Shown here piece by piece: positions 1 through 15,000 of a stretch of 64,000 bases of DNA (position 1 is the first letter of the stretch; every line of letters begins with the position of its first letter). The stretch is from Yuukianura sp. NJ FZ-2021 (Eukaryota), in assembly GCA_046563655.1 (NCBI GenBank), contig JAJCTO010000009.1, positions 1-64,000 of the forward strand. The letters run 5' to 3'. The position numbers were made by a program, and so were the translations under genes. The notes below the pieces were generated by a model. The model ran no database searches. It was not told the origin of the DNA and saw nothing but the letters and a program-made list of their open reading frames with translations.

Positions 1-3000
1 CGTGCAGATTTCCATGAAAAATGTGACATGTCAATCCGTCCACCAACGTTCATAAGCGTAATTACACAAATTTGACCCAATGGAGAGCACATAGAATACC
101 GCCCAGAATTGCAAAGATTCAACGTTTTCGCAGTGGTTTTTCCGGAGCAAGTGTGTGGGAAAATTTTGTGAACCTGAAAGCGATTCGGTTGAGCTAACGC
201 TGAGAAGCTAGAAAAACTGCGAAACATTTGGCGCTATACAGACCTACTATTCGACCGTGCAGATTTCCATGAAAAATGTGACAACTCAATCCGTCCACCA
301 ACGTTCATAAGCGTAATTACACAAATTTGACCCAATGGAGAGCACATAGAATACCGCCCAGAATTGCAAAGATTCAACGTTTTCGCAGTGGTTTTTCCGG
401 AGCAAGTGTGTGGGAAAATTTTGTGAACCTGAAAGCGATTCGGTTTAGCTAACGCTGAAAAGCTAGAAAAACTGCGAAACATTTGGCGCTATACAGACCT
501 ACTATTCGACCGTGCAGGTTTCCATAAAAAATGTGACATGTCAATCCGTCCACCAACGTTCATAAGCGTAATTACACAAATTTGACCCAATGGAGAGCAC
601 ATAGAATACCGCCCAGAATTGCAAAGATTCAACGTTTTCGCAGTGGTTTTTCCGGAGCAAGAGTGTGGGAAAATATTGTGAACCTGAAAGCGATTCCGCT
701 GAGCTAACGCTGAGAAGCAAAAAAACTGCGAAACATTTGGCGCTATACAGACCTACTATTCGACCGTGCAGATTTCCATGAAAAATGTGACAACTCAATC
801 CGTCCACCAACGTTCATAAGCGTAATTACACAAATTTGACCCAATGGAGAGCACATAGAATACCGCCCAGAATTGCAAAGATTCAACGTTTTCGCAGTGG
901 TTTTTCCGGAGCAAGTGTGTGGGAAAATTTTGTGAACCTGAAAGCGATTCGGTTTAGCTAACGCTGAAAAGCTAGAAAAACTGCGAAACATTTGGCGCTA
1001 TACAGACCTACTATTCGACCGTGCAGGTTTCCATAAAAAATGTGACATGTCAATCCGTCCACCAACGTTCATAAGCGTAATTACACAAATTTGACCCAAT
1101 GGAGAGCACATAGAATACCGCCCAGAATTGCAAAGATTCAACGTTTTCGCAGTGGTTTTTCCGGAGCAAGTGTGTGGGAAAATTTTGTGAACCTGAAAGC
1201 GATTCGGTTTAGCTAACGCTGAAAAGCTAGAAAAACTGCGAAACATTTGGCGCTATACAGACCTACTATTCGACCGTGCAGATTTCCATGAAAAATGTGA
1301 CAACTCAATCCGTCCACCAACGTTCATAAGCGTAATTACACAAATTTGACCCAATGGAGAGCACATAGAATACCGCCCAGAATTGCAAAGATTCAACGTT
1401 TTCGCAGTGGTTTTTCCGGAGCAAGTGTGTGGGAAAATTTTGTGAACCTGAAAGCGATTCGGTTTAGCTAACGCTGAAAAGCTAGAAAAACTGCGAAACA
1501 TTTGGCGCTATACAGACCTACTATTCGACCGTGCAGGTTTCCATAAAAAATGTGACATGTCAATCCGTCCACCAACGTTCATAAGCGTAATTACACAAAT
1601 TTGACCCAATGGAGAGCACATAGAATACCGCCCAGAATTGCAAAGATTCAACGTTTTCGCAGTGGTTTTTCCGGAGCAAGTGTGTGGGAAAATTTTGTGA
1701 ACCTGAAAGCGATTCGGTTTAGCTAACGCTGAAAAGCTAGAAAAACTGCGAAACATTTGGCGCTATACAGACCTACTATTCGACCGTGCAGATTTCCATA
1801 AAAAATGTGACATGTCAATCCGTCCACCAACGTTCATAAGCGTAATTACACAAATTTGACCCAATGGAGAGCACATAGAATACCGCCCAGAATTGCAAAG
1901 ATTCAACGTTTTCGCAGTGGTTTTTCCGGAGCAAGAGTGTGGGAAAATATTGTGAACCTCAAAGCGATTCCGCTGAGCTAACGCTGAGAAGCTAGAAAAA
2001 CTGCGAAACATTTGGCGCTATACAGACCTACTATTCGACCGTGCAGATTTCCATGAAAAATGTGACAACTCAATCCGTCCACCAACGTTCATAAGCGTAA
2101 TTACACAAATTTGACCCAATGGAGAGCACATAGAATACCGCCCAGAATTGCAAAGATTCAACGTTTTCGCAGTGGTTTTTCCGGAGCAAGTGTGTGGGAA
2201 AATTTTGTGAACCTGAAAGCGATTCGGTTTAGCTAACGCTGAAAAGCTAGAAAAACTGCGAAACATTTGGCGCTATACAGACCTACTATTCGACCGTGCA
2301 GATTTCCATGAAAAATGTGACAAGTCAATCCGTCCACCAACGTTCATAAGCGTAATTACACAAATTTGACCCAATGGAGAGCACATAGAATACCGCCCAG
2401 AATTGCAAAGATTCAACGTTTTCGCAGTGGTTTTTCCGGAGCAAGTGTGTGGGAAAATTTTGTGAACCTGAAAGCGATTCGGTTTAGCTAACGCTGAAAA
2501 GCTAGAAAAACTGCGAAACATTTGGCGCTATACAGACCTACTATTCGACCGTGCAGGTTTCCATAAAAAATGTGACATGTCAATCCGTCCACCAACGTTC
2601 ATAAGCGTAATTACACAAATTTGACCCAATGGAGAGCACATAGAATACCGCCCAGAATTGCAAAGATTCAACGTTTTCGCAGTGGTTTTCCGGAGCAAGT
2701 GTGTGGGAAAATTTTGTGAACCTGAAAGCGATTCCGCTGAGCTAACGCTGAGAAGCAAAAAAACTGCGAAACATTTGGCGCTATACAGACCTACTATTCG
2801 ACCGTGCAGATTTCCATGAAAAATGTGACAACTCAATCCGTCCACCAACGTTCATAAGCGTAATTACACAAATTTGACCCAATGGAGAGCACATAGAATA
2901 CCGCCCAGAATTGCAAAGATTCAACGTTTTCGCAGTGGTTTTTCCGGAGCAAGTGTGTGGGAAAATTTTGTGAACCTGAAAGCGATTCGGTTTAGCTAAC

Positions 3001-6000
3001 GCTGAAAAGCTAGAAAAACTGCGAAACATTTGGCGCTATACAGACCTACTATTCGACCGTGCAGATTTCCATAAAAAATGTGACATGTCAATCCGTCCAC
3101 CAACGTTCATAAGCGTAATTACACAAATTTGACCCAATGGAGAGCACATAGAATACCGCCCAGAATTGCAAAGATTCAACGTTTTCGCAGTGGTTTTTCC
3201 GGAGCAAGTGTGTGGGAAAATTTTGTGAACCTGAAAGCGATTCGGTTTAGCTAACGCTGAAAAGCTAGAAAAACTGCGAAACATTTGGCGCTATACAGAC
3301 CTACTATTCGACCGTGCAGGTTTCCATAAAAAATGTGACATGTCAATCCGTCCACCAACGTTCATAAGCGTAATTACACAAATTTGACCCAATGGAGAGC
3401 ACATAGAATACCGCCCAGAATTGCAAAGATTCAACGTTTTCGCAGTGGTTTTTCCGGAGCAAGTGTGTGGGAAAATTTTGTGAACCTGAAAGCGATTCGG
3501 TTTAGCTAACGCTGAGAAGCTAGAAAAACTGCGAAACATTTGGCGCTATACAGACCTACTATTCGACCGTGCAGATTTCCATGAAAAATGTGACAACTCA
3601 ATCCGTCCACCAACGTTCATAAGCGTAATTACACAAATTTGACCCAATGGAGAGCACATAGAATACCGCCCAGAATTGCAAAGATTCAACGTTTTCGCAG
3701 TGGTTTTTCCGGAGCAAGTGTGTGGGAAAATTTTGTGAACCTGAAAGCGATTCGGTTTAGCTAACGCTGAAAAGCTAGAAAAACTGCGAAACATTTGGCG
3801 CTATACAGACCTACTATTCGACCGTGCAGGTTTCCATAAAAAATGTGACATGTCAATCCGTCCACCAACGTTCATAAGCGTAATTACACAAATTTGACCC
3901 AATGGAGAGCACATAGAATACCGCCCAGAATTGCAAAGATTCAACGTTTTCGCAGTGGTTTTTCCGGAGCAAGAGTGTGGGAAAATATTGTGAACCTCAA
4001 AGCGATTCCGCTGAGCTAACGCTGAGAAGCTAGAAAAACTGCGAAACATTTGGCGCTATACAGACCTACTATTCGACCGTGCAGATTTCCATGAAAAATG
4101 TGACAACTCAATCCGTCCACCAACGTTCATAAGCGTAATTACACAAATTTGACCCAATGGAGAGCACATAGAATACCGCCCAGAATTGCAAAGATTCAAC
4201 GTTTTCGCAGTGGTTTTTCCGGAGCAAGTGTGTGGGAAAATTTTGTGAACCTGAAAGCGATTCGGTTTAGCTAACGCTGAAAAGCTAGAAAAACTGCGAA
4301 ACATTTGGCGCTATACAGACCTACTATTCGACCGTGCAGATTTCCATAAAAAATGTGACATGTCAATCCGTCCACCAACGTCCATAAGCGTAATTACACA
4401 AATTTGACCCAATGGAGAGCACATAGGATACCGCCCAGAATTGCAAAGATTCAACGTTTTCGCAGTGGTTTTTCCGGAGCAAGTGTGTGGGAAAATTTTG
4501 TGAACCTGAAAGCGATTCGGTTTAGCTAACGCTGAAAAGCTAGAAAAACTGCGAAACATTTGGCGCTATACAGACCTACTATTCGACCGTGCAGATTTTC
4601 ATGAAAAATGTGACATGTCAATCCGTCCACCAACGTTCATAAGCGTAATTACACAAATTTGACCCAATGGAGAGCACATAGAATACCGCCCAGAATTGCA
4701 AAGATTCAACGTTTTCGCAGTGGTTTTCCGGAGCAAGTGTGTGGGAAAATTTTGTGAACCTGAAAGCGATTCCGCTGAGCTAACGCTGAGAAGCAAAAAA
4801 ACTGCGAAACATTTGGCGCTATACAGACCTACTATTCGACCGTGCAGATTTCCATGAAAAATGTGACAACTCAATCCGTCCACCAACGTTCATAAGCGTA
4901 ATTACACAAATTTGACCCAATGGAGAGCACATAGAATACCGCCCAGAATTGCAAAGATTCAACGTTTTCGCAGTGGTTTTTCCGGAGCAAGTGTGTGGGA
5001 AAATTTTGTGAACCTGAAAGCGATTCGGTTTAGCTAACGCTGAAAAGCTAGAAAAACTGCGAAACATTTGGCGCTATACAGACCTACTATTCGACCGTGC
5101 AGATTTTCATGAAAAATGTGACAAGTCAATCCGTCCACCAACGTTCATAAGCGTAATTACACAAATTTGACCCAATGGAGAGCACATAGAATACCGCCCA
5201 GAATTGCAAAGATTCAACGTTTTCGCAGTGGTTTTTCCGGAGCAAGTGTGTGGGAAAATTTTGTGAACCTGAAAGCGATTCGGTTTAGCTAACGCTGAAA
5301 AGCTAGAAAAACTGCGAAACATTTGGCGCTATACAGACCTACTATTCGACCGTGCAGGTTTCCATAAAAAATGTGACATGTCAATCCGTCCACCAACGTT
5401 CATAAGCGTAATTACACAAATTTGACCCAATGGAGAGCACATAGAATACCGCCCAGAATTGCAAAGATTCAACGTTTTCGCAGTGGTTTTTCCGGAGCAA
5501 GAGTGTGGGAAAATATTGTGAACCTCAAAGCGATTCCGCTGAGCTAACGCTGAGAAGCTAGAAAAACTGCGAAACATTTGGCGCTATACAGACCTACTAT
5601 TCGACCGTGCAGATTTCCATGAAAAATGTGACAACTCAATCCGTCCACCAACGTTCATAAGCGTAATTACACAAATTTGACCCAATGGAGAGCACATAGA
5701 ATACCGCCCAGAATTGCAAAGATTCAACGTTTTCGCAGTGGTTTTTCCGGAGCAAGTGTGTGGGAAAATTTTGTGAACCTGAAAGCGATTCGGTTTAGCT
5801 AACGCTGAAAAGCTAGAAAAACTGCGAAACATTTGGCGCTATACAGACCTACTATTCGACCGTGCAGATTTCCATGAAAAATGTGACAACTCAATCCGTC
5901 CACCAACGTTCATAAGCGTAATTACACAAATTTGACCCAATGGAGAGCACATAGAATACCGCCCAGAATTGCAAAGATTCAACGTTTTCGCAGTGGTTTT

Positions 6001-9000
6001 TCCGGAGCAAGTGTGTGGGAAAATTTTGTGAACCTGAAAGCGATTCGGTTTAGCTAACGCTGAAAAGCTAGAAAAACTGCGAAACATTTGGCGCTATACA
6101 GACCTACTATTCGACCGTGCAGGTTTCCATAAAAAATGTGACATGTCAATCCGTCCACCAACGTTCATAAGCGTAATTACACAAATTTGACCCAATGGAG
6201 AGCACATAGAATACCGCCCAGAATTGCAAAGATTCAACGTTTTCGCAGTGGTTTTTCCGGAGCAAGTGTGTGGGAAAATTTTGTGAACCTGAAAGCGATT
6301 CGGTTTAGCTAACGCTGAGAAGCTAGAAAAACTGCGAAACATTTGGCGCTATACAGACCTACTATTCGACCGTGCAGATTTCCATGAAAAATGTGACAAC
6401 TCAATCCGTCCACCAACGTTCATAAGCGTAATTACACAAATTTGACCCAATGGAGAGCACATAGAATACCGCCCAGAATTGCAAAGATTCAACGTTTTCG
6501 CAGTGGTTTTTCCGGAGCAAGTGTGTGGGAAAATTTTGTGAACCTGAAAGCGATTCGGTTTAGCTAACGCTGAAAAGCTAGAAAAACTGCGAAACATTTG
6601 GCGCTATACAGACCTACTATTCGACCGTGCAGATTTTCATGAAAAATGTGACAAGTCAATCCGTCCACCAACGTTCATAAGCGTAATTACACAAATTTGA
6701 CCCAATGGAGAGCACATAGAATACCGCCCAGAATTGCAAAGATTCAACGTTTTCGCAGTGGTTTTTCCGGAGCAAGTGTGTGGGAAAATTTTGTGAACCT
6801 GAAAGCGATTCGGTTTAGCTAACGCTGAAAAGCTAGAAAAACTGCGAAACATTTGGCGCTATACAGACCTACTATTCGACCGTGCAGATTTCCATGAAAA
6901 ATGTGACAACTCAATCCGTCCACCAACGTTCATAAGCGTAATTACACAAATTTGACCCAATGGAGAGCACATAGAATACCGCCCAGAATTGCAAAGATTC
7001 AACGTTTTCGCAGTGGTTTTTCCGGAGCAAGTGTGTGGGAAAATTTTGTGAACCTGAAAGCGATTCGGTTTAGCTAACGCTGAAAAGCTAGAAAAACTGC
7101 GAAACATTTGGCGCTATACAGACCTACTATTCGACCGTGCAGATTTCCATGAAAAATGTGACAACTCAATCCGTCCACCAACGTTCATAAGCGTAATTAC
7201 ACAAATTTGACCCAATGGAGAGCACATAGAATACCGCCCAGAATTGCAAAGATTCAACGTTTTCGCAGTGGTTTTTCCGGAGCAAGTGTGTGGGAAAATT
7301 TTGTGAACCTGAAAGCGATTCGGTTTAGCTAACGCTGAAAAGCTAGAAAAACTGCGAAACATTTGGCGCTATACAGACCTACTATTCGACCGTGCAGATT
7401 TTCCATGAAAAATGTGACAAGTCAATCCGTCCACCAACGTTCATAAGCGTAATTACACAAATTTGACCCAATGGAGAGCACATAGAATACCGCCCAGAAT
7501 TGCAAAGATTCAACGTTTTCGCAGTGGTTTTTCCGGAGCAAGGGTGTGGGAAAATATTGTGAACCTCAAAGCGATTCCGCTGAGCTAACGCTGAGAAGCA
7601 AAAAAACTGCGAAACATTTGGCGCTATACAGACCTACTATTCGACCGTGCAGATTTCCATGAAAAATGTGACAACTCAATCCGTCCACCAACGTTCATAA
7701 GCGTAATTACACAAATTTGACCCAATGGAGAGCACATAGAATACCGCCCAGAATTGCAAAGATTCAACGTTTTCGCAGTGGTTTTTCCGGAGCAAGTGTG
7801 TGGGAAAATTTTGTGAACCTGAAAGCGATTCGGTTTAGCTAACGCTGAAAAGCTAGAAAAACTGCGAAACATTTGGCGCTATACAGACCTACTATTCGAC
7901 CGTGCAGGTTTCCATAAAAAATGTGACATGTCAATCCGTCCACCAACGTTCATAAGCGTAATTACACAAATTTGACCCAATGGAGAGCACATAGAATACC
8001 GCCCAGAATTGCAAAGATTCAACGTTTTCGCAGTGGTTTTTCCGGAGCAAGTGTGTGGGAAAATTTTGTGAACCTGAAAGCGATTCGGTTTAGCTAACGC
8101 TGAAAAGCTAGAAAAACTGCGAAACATTTGGCGCTATACAGACCTACTATTCGACCGTGCAGGTTTCCATAAAAAATGTGACATGTCAATCCGTCCACCA
8201 ACGTTCATAAGCGTAATTACACAAATTTGACCCAATGGAGAGCACATAGAATACCGCCCAGAATTGCAAAGATTCAACGTTTTCGCAGTGGTTTTTCCGG
8301 AGCAAGTGTGTGGGAAAATTTTGTGAACCTGAAAGCGATTCGGTTTAGCTAACGCTGAAAAGCTAGAAAAACTGCGAAACATTTGGCGCTATACAGACCT
8401 ACTATTCGACCGTGCAGATTTCCATGAAAAATGTGACAACTCAATCCGTCCACCAACGTTCATAAGCGTAATTACACAAATTTGACCCAATGGAGAGCAC
8501 ATAGAATACCGCCCAGAATTGCAAAGATTCAACGTTTTCGCAGTGGTTTTTCCGGAGCAAGTGTGTGGGAAAATTTTGTGAACCTGAAAGCGATTCGGTT
8601 TAGCTAACGCTGAAAAGCTAGAAAAACTGCGAAACATTTGGCGCTATACAGACCTACTATTCGACCGTGCAGATTTCCATGAAAAATGTGACAACTCAAT
8701 CCGTCCACCAACGTTCATAAGCGTAATTACACAAATTTGACCCAATGGAGAGCACATAGAATACCGCCCAGAATTGCAAAGATTCAACGTTTTCGCAGTG
8801 GTTTTTCCGGAGCAAGTGTGTGGGAAAATTTTGTGAACCTGAAAGCGATTCGGTTTAGCTAACGCTGAAAAGCTAGAAAAACTGCGAAACATTTGGCGCT
8901 ATACAGACCTACTATTCGACCGTGCAGATTTTCATGAAAAATGTGACAAGTCAATCCGTCCACCAACGTTCATAAGCGTAATTACACAAATTTGACCCAA

Positions 9001-12000
9001 TGGAGAGCACATAGAATACCGCCCAGAATTGCAAAGATTCAACGTTTTCGCAGTGGTTTTTCCGGAGCAAGTGTGTGGGAAAATTTTGTGAACCTGAAAG
9101 CGATTCCGCTGAGCTAACGCTGAGAAGCAAAAAAACTGCGAAACATTTGGCGCTATACAGACCTACTATTCGACCGTGCAGATTTCCATGAAAAATGTGA
9201 CAACTCAATCCGTCCACCAACGTTCATAAGCGTAATTACACAAATTTGACCCAATGGAGAGCACATAGAATACCGCCCAGAATTGCAAAGATTCAACGTT
9301 TTCGCAGTGGTTTTTCCGGAGCAAGTGTGTGGGAAAATTTTGTGAACCTGAAAGCGATTCGGTTTAGCTAACGCTGAAAAGCTAGAAAAACTGCGAAACA
9401 TTTGGCGCTATACAGACCTACTATTCGACCGTGCAGATTTCCATAAAAAATGTGACATGTCAATCCGTCCACCAACGTTCATAAGCGTAATTACACAAAT
9501 TTGACCCAATGGAGAGCACATAGAATACCGCCCAGAATTGCAAAGATTCAACGTTTTCGCAGTGGTTTTTCCGGAGCAAGTGTGTGGGAAAATTTTGTGA
9601 ACCTGAAAGCGATTCGGTTTAGCTAACGCTGAAAAGCTAGAAAAACTGCGAAACATTTGGCGCTATACAGACCTACTATTCGACCGTGCAGATTTCCATG
9701 AAAAATGTGACAACTCAATCCGTCCACCAACGTTCATAAGCGTAATTACACAAATTTGACCCAATGGAGAGCACATAGAATACCGCCCAGAATTGCAAAG
9801 ATTCAACGTTTTCGCAGTGGTTTTTCCGGAGCAAGTGTGTGGGAAAATTTTGTGAACCTGAAAGCGATTCGGTTTAGCTAACGCTGAGAAGCTAGAAAAA
9901 CTGCGAAACATTTGGCGCTATACAGACCTACTATTCGACCGTGCAGATTTCCATGAAAAATGTGACAACTCAATCCGTCCACCAACGTTCATAAGCGTAA
10001 TTACACAAATTTGACCCAATGGAGAGCACATAGAATACCGCCCAGAATTGCAAAGATTCAACGTTTTCGCAGTGGTTTTTCCGGAGCAAGTGTGTGGGAA
10101 AATTTTGTGAACCTGAAAGCGATTCGGTTTAGCTAACGCTGAAAAGCTAGAAAAACTGCGAAACATTTGGCGCTATACAGACCTACTATTCGACCGTGCA
10201 GATTTCCATGAAAAATGTGACAAGTCAATCCGTCCACCAACGTTCATAAGCGTAATTACACAAATTTGACCCAATGGAGAGCACATAGAATACCGCCCAG
10301 AATTGCAAAGATTCAACGTTTTCGCAGTGGTTTTTCCGGAGCAAGTGTGTGGGAAAATTTTGTGAACCTGAAAGCGATTCGGTTTAGCTAACGCTGAAAA
10401 GCTAGAAAAACTGCGAAACATTTGGCGCTATACAGACCTACTATTCGACCGTGCAGATTTTCATGAAAAATGTGACATGTCAATCCGTCCACCAACGTTC
10501 ATAAGCGTAATTACACAAATTTGACCCAATGGAGAGCACATAGAATACCGCCCAGAATTGCAAAGATTCAACGTTTTCGCAGTGGTTTTTCCGGAGCAAG
10601 TGTGTGGGAAAATTTTGTGAACCTGAAAGCGATTCGGTTTAGCTAACGCTGAGAAGCTAGAAAAACTGCGAAACATTTGGCGCTATACAGACCTACTATT
10701 CGACCGTGCAGATTTCCATGAAAAATGTGACAACTCAATCCGTCCACCAACGTTCATAAGCGTAATTACACAAATTTGACCCAATGGAGAGCACATAGAA
10801 TACCGCCCAGAATTGCAAAGATTCAACGTTTTCGCAGTGGTTTTTCCGGAGCAAGTGTGTGGGAAAATTTTGTGAACCTGAAAGCGATTCGGTTTAGCTA
10901 ACGCTGAAAAGCTAGAAAAACTGCGAAACATTTGGCGCTATACAGACCTACTATTCGACCGTGCAGATTTTCCATGAAAAATGTGACAAGTCAATCCGTC
11001 CACCAACGTTCATAAGCGTAATTACACAAATTTGACCCAATGGAGAGCACATAGAATACCGCCCAGAATTGCAAAGATTCAACGTTTTCGCAGTGGTTTT
11101 TCCGGAGCAAGTGTGTGGGAAAATTTTGTGAACCTCAAAGCGATTCGGTTTAGCTAACGCTGAGAAGCTAGAAAAACTGCGAAACATTTGGCGCTATACA
11201 GACCTACTATTCGACCGTGCAGATTTCCATGAAAAATGTGACAACTCAATCCGTCCACCAACGTTCATAAGCGTAATTACACAAATTTGACCCAATGGAG
11301 AGCACATAGAATACCGCCCAGAATTGCAAAGATTCAACGTTTTCGCAGTGGTTTTTCCGGAGCAAGTGTGTGGGAAAATTTTGTGAACCTGAAAGCGATT
11401 CGGTTTAGCTAACGCTGAAAAGCTAGAAAAACTGCGAAACATTTGGCGCTATACAGACCTACTATTCGACCGTGCAGATTTCCATGAAAAATGTGACAAG
11501 TCAATCCGTCCACCAACGTTCATAAGCGTAATTACACAAATTTGACCCAATGGAGAGCACATAGAATACCGCCCAGAATTGCAAAGATTCAACGTTTTCG
11601 CAGTGGTTTTTCCGGAGCAAGTGTGTGGGAAAATTTTGTGAACCTGAAAGCGATTCGGTTTAGCTAACGCTGAAAAGCTAGAAAAACTGCGAAACATTTG
11701 GCGCTATACAGACCTACTATTCGACCGTGCAGATTTCCATGAAAAATGTGACAACTCAATCCGTCCACCAACGTTCATAAGCGTAATTACACAAATTTGA
11801 CCCAATGGAGAGCACATAGAATACCGCCCAGAATTGCAAAGATTCAACGTTTTCGCAGTGGTTTTTCCGGAGCAAGTGTGTGGGAAAATTTTGTGAACCT
11901 GAAAGCGATTCGGTTTAGCTAACGCTGAAAAGCTAGAAAAACTGCGAAACATTTGGCGCTATACAGACCTACTATTCGACCGTGCAGATTTTCATGAAAA

Positions 12001-15000
12001 ATGTGACAAGTCAATCCGTCCACCAACGTTCATAAGCGTAATTACACAAATTTGACCCAATGGAGAGCACATAGAATACCGCCCAGAATTGCAAAGATTC
12101 AACGTTTTCGCAGTGGTTTTTCCGGAGCAAGTGTGTGGGAAAATTTTGTGAACCTGAAAGCGATTCGGTTTAGCTAACGCTGAAAAGCTAGAAAAACTGC
12201 GAAACATTTGGCGCTATACAGACCTACTATTCGACCGTGCAGGTTTCCATAAAAAATGTGACATGTCAATCCGTCCACCAACGTTCATAAGCGTAATTAC
12301 ACAAATTTGACCCAATGGAGAGCACATAGAATACCGCCCAGAATTGCAAAGATTCAACGTTTTCGCAGTGGTTTTTCCGGAGCAAGTGTGTGGGAAAATT
12401 TTGTGAACCTGAAAGCGATTCGGTTTAGCTAACGCTGAAAAGCTAGAAAAACTGCGAAACATTTGGCGCTATACAGACCTACTATTCGACCGTGCAGATT
12501 TCCATGAAAAATGTGACAACTCAATCCGTCCACCAACGTTCATAAGCGTAATTACACAAATTTGACCCAATGGAGAGCACATAGAATACCGCCCAGAATT
12601 GCAAAGATTCAACGTTTTCGCAGTGGTTTTTCCGGAGCAAGTGTGTGGGAAAATTTTGTGAACCTGAAAGCGATTCGGTTTAGCTAACGCTGAAAAGCTA
12701 GAAAAACTGCGAAACATTTGGCGCTATACAGACCTACTATTCGACCGTGCAGATTTCCATGAAAAATGTGACAACTCAATCCGTCCACCAACGTTCATAA
12801 GCGTAATTACACAAATTTGACCCAATGGAGAGCACATAGAATACCGCCCAGAATTGCAAAGATTCAACGTTTTCGCAGTGGTTTTTCCGGAGCAAGTGTG
12901 TGGGAAAATTTTGTGAACCTGAAAGCGATTCGGTTTAGCTAACGCTGAAAAGCTAGAAAAACTGCGAAACATTTGGCGCTATACAGACCTACTATTCGAC
13001 CGTGCAGATTTCCATGAAAAATGTGACAAGTCAATCCGTCCACCAACGTTCATAAGCGTAATTACACAAATTTGACCCAATGGAGAGCACATAGAATACC
13101 GCCCAGAATTGCAAAGATTCAACGTTTTCGCAGTGGTTTTTCCGGAGCAAGTGTGTGGGAAAATTTTGTGAACCTGAAAGCGATTCGGTTTAGCTAACGC
13201 TGAAAAGCTAGAAAAACTGCGAAACATTTGGCGCTATACAGACCTACTATTCGACCGTGCAGGTTTCCATAAAAAATGTGACATGTCAATCCGTCCACCA
13301 ACGTTCATAAGCGTAATTACACAAATTTGACCCAATGGAGAGCACATAGAATACCGCCCAGAATTGCAAAGATTCAACGTTTTCGCAGTGGTTTTTCCGG
13401 AGCAAGTGTGTGGGAAAATTTTGTGAACCTGAAAGCGATTCGGTTTAGCTAACGCTGAGAAGCTAGAAAAACTGCGAAACATTTGGCGCTATACAGACCT
13501 ACTATTCGACCGTGCAGATTTCCATGAAAAATGTGACAACTCAATCCGTCCACCAACGTTCATAAGCGTAATTACACAAATTTGACCCAATGGAGAGCAC
13601 ATAGAATACCGCCCAGAATTGCAAAGATTCAACGTTTTCGCAGTGGTTTTTCCGGAGCAAGTGTGTGGGAAAATTTTGTGAACCTGAAAGCGATTCGGTT
13701 TAGCTAACGCTGAAAAGCTAGAAAAACTGCGAAACATTTGGCGCTATACAGACCTACTATTCGACCGTGCAGATTTCCATGAAAAATGTGACAAGTCAAT
13801 CCGTCCACCAACGTTCATAAGCGTAATTACACAAATTTGACCCAATGGAGAGCACATAGAATACCGCCCAGAATTGCAAAGATTCAACGTTTTCGCAGTG
13901 GTTTTTCCGGAGCAAGGGTGTGGGAAAATATTGTGAACCTCAAAGCGATTCGGTTTAGCTAACGCTGAGAAGCTAGAAAAACTGCGAAACATTTGGCGCT
14001 ATACAGACCTACTATTCGACCGTGCAGATTTCCATGAAAAATGTGACAACTCAATCCGTCCACCAACGTTCATAAGCGTAATTACACAAATTTGACCCAA
14101 TGGAGAGCACATAGAATACCGCCCAGAATTGCAAAGATTCAACGTTTTCGCAGTGGTTTTTCCGGAGCAAGTGTGTGGGAAAATTTTGTGAACCTGAAAG
14201 CGATTCGGTTTAGCTAACGCTGAAAAGCTAGAAAAACTGCGAAACATTTGGCGCTATACAGACCTACTATTCGACCGTGCAGGTTTCCATAAAAAATGTG
14301 ACATGTCAATCCGTCCACCAACGTTCATAAGCGTAATTACACAAATTTGACCCAATGGAGAGCACATAGAATACCGCCCAGAATTGCAAAGATTCAACGT
14401 TTTCGCAGTGGTTTTTCCGGAGCAAGTGTGTGGGAAAATTTTGTGAACCTGAAAGCGATTCGGTTTAGCTAACGCTGAAAAGCTAGAAAAACTGCGAAAC
14501 ATTTGGCGCTATACAGACCTACTATTCGACCGTGCAGATTTCCATGAAAAATGTGACAACTCAATCCGTCCACCAACGTTCATAAGCGTAATTACACAAA
14601 TTTGACCCAATGGAGAGCACATAGAATACCGCCCAGAATTGCAAAGATTCAACGTTTTCGCAGTGGTTTTTCCGGAGCAAGTGTGTGGGAAAATTTTGTG
14701 AACCTGAAAGCGATTCGGTTTAGCTAACGCTGAGAAGCTAGAAAAACTGCGAAACATTTGGCGCTATACAGACCTACTATTCGACCGTGCAGATTTCCAT
14801 GAAAAATGTGACAACTCAATCCGTCCACCAACGTTCATAAGCGTAATTACACAAATTTGACCCAATGGAGAGCACATAGAATACCGCCCAGAATTGCAAA
14901 GATTCAACGTTTTCGCAGTGGTTTTTCCGGAGCAAGTGTGTGGGAAAATTTTGTGAACCTGAAAGCGATTCGGTTTAGCTAACGCTGAAAAGCTAGAAAA

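Noticed and set aside
1..255. CENP-B box in the monomer
   Set aside because: TTCG occurs, but no instance fits TTCGnnnnAnnCGGG on either strand by eye.
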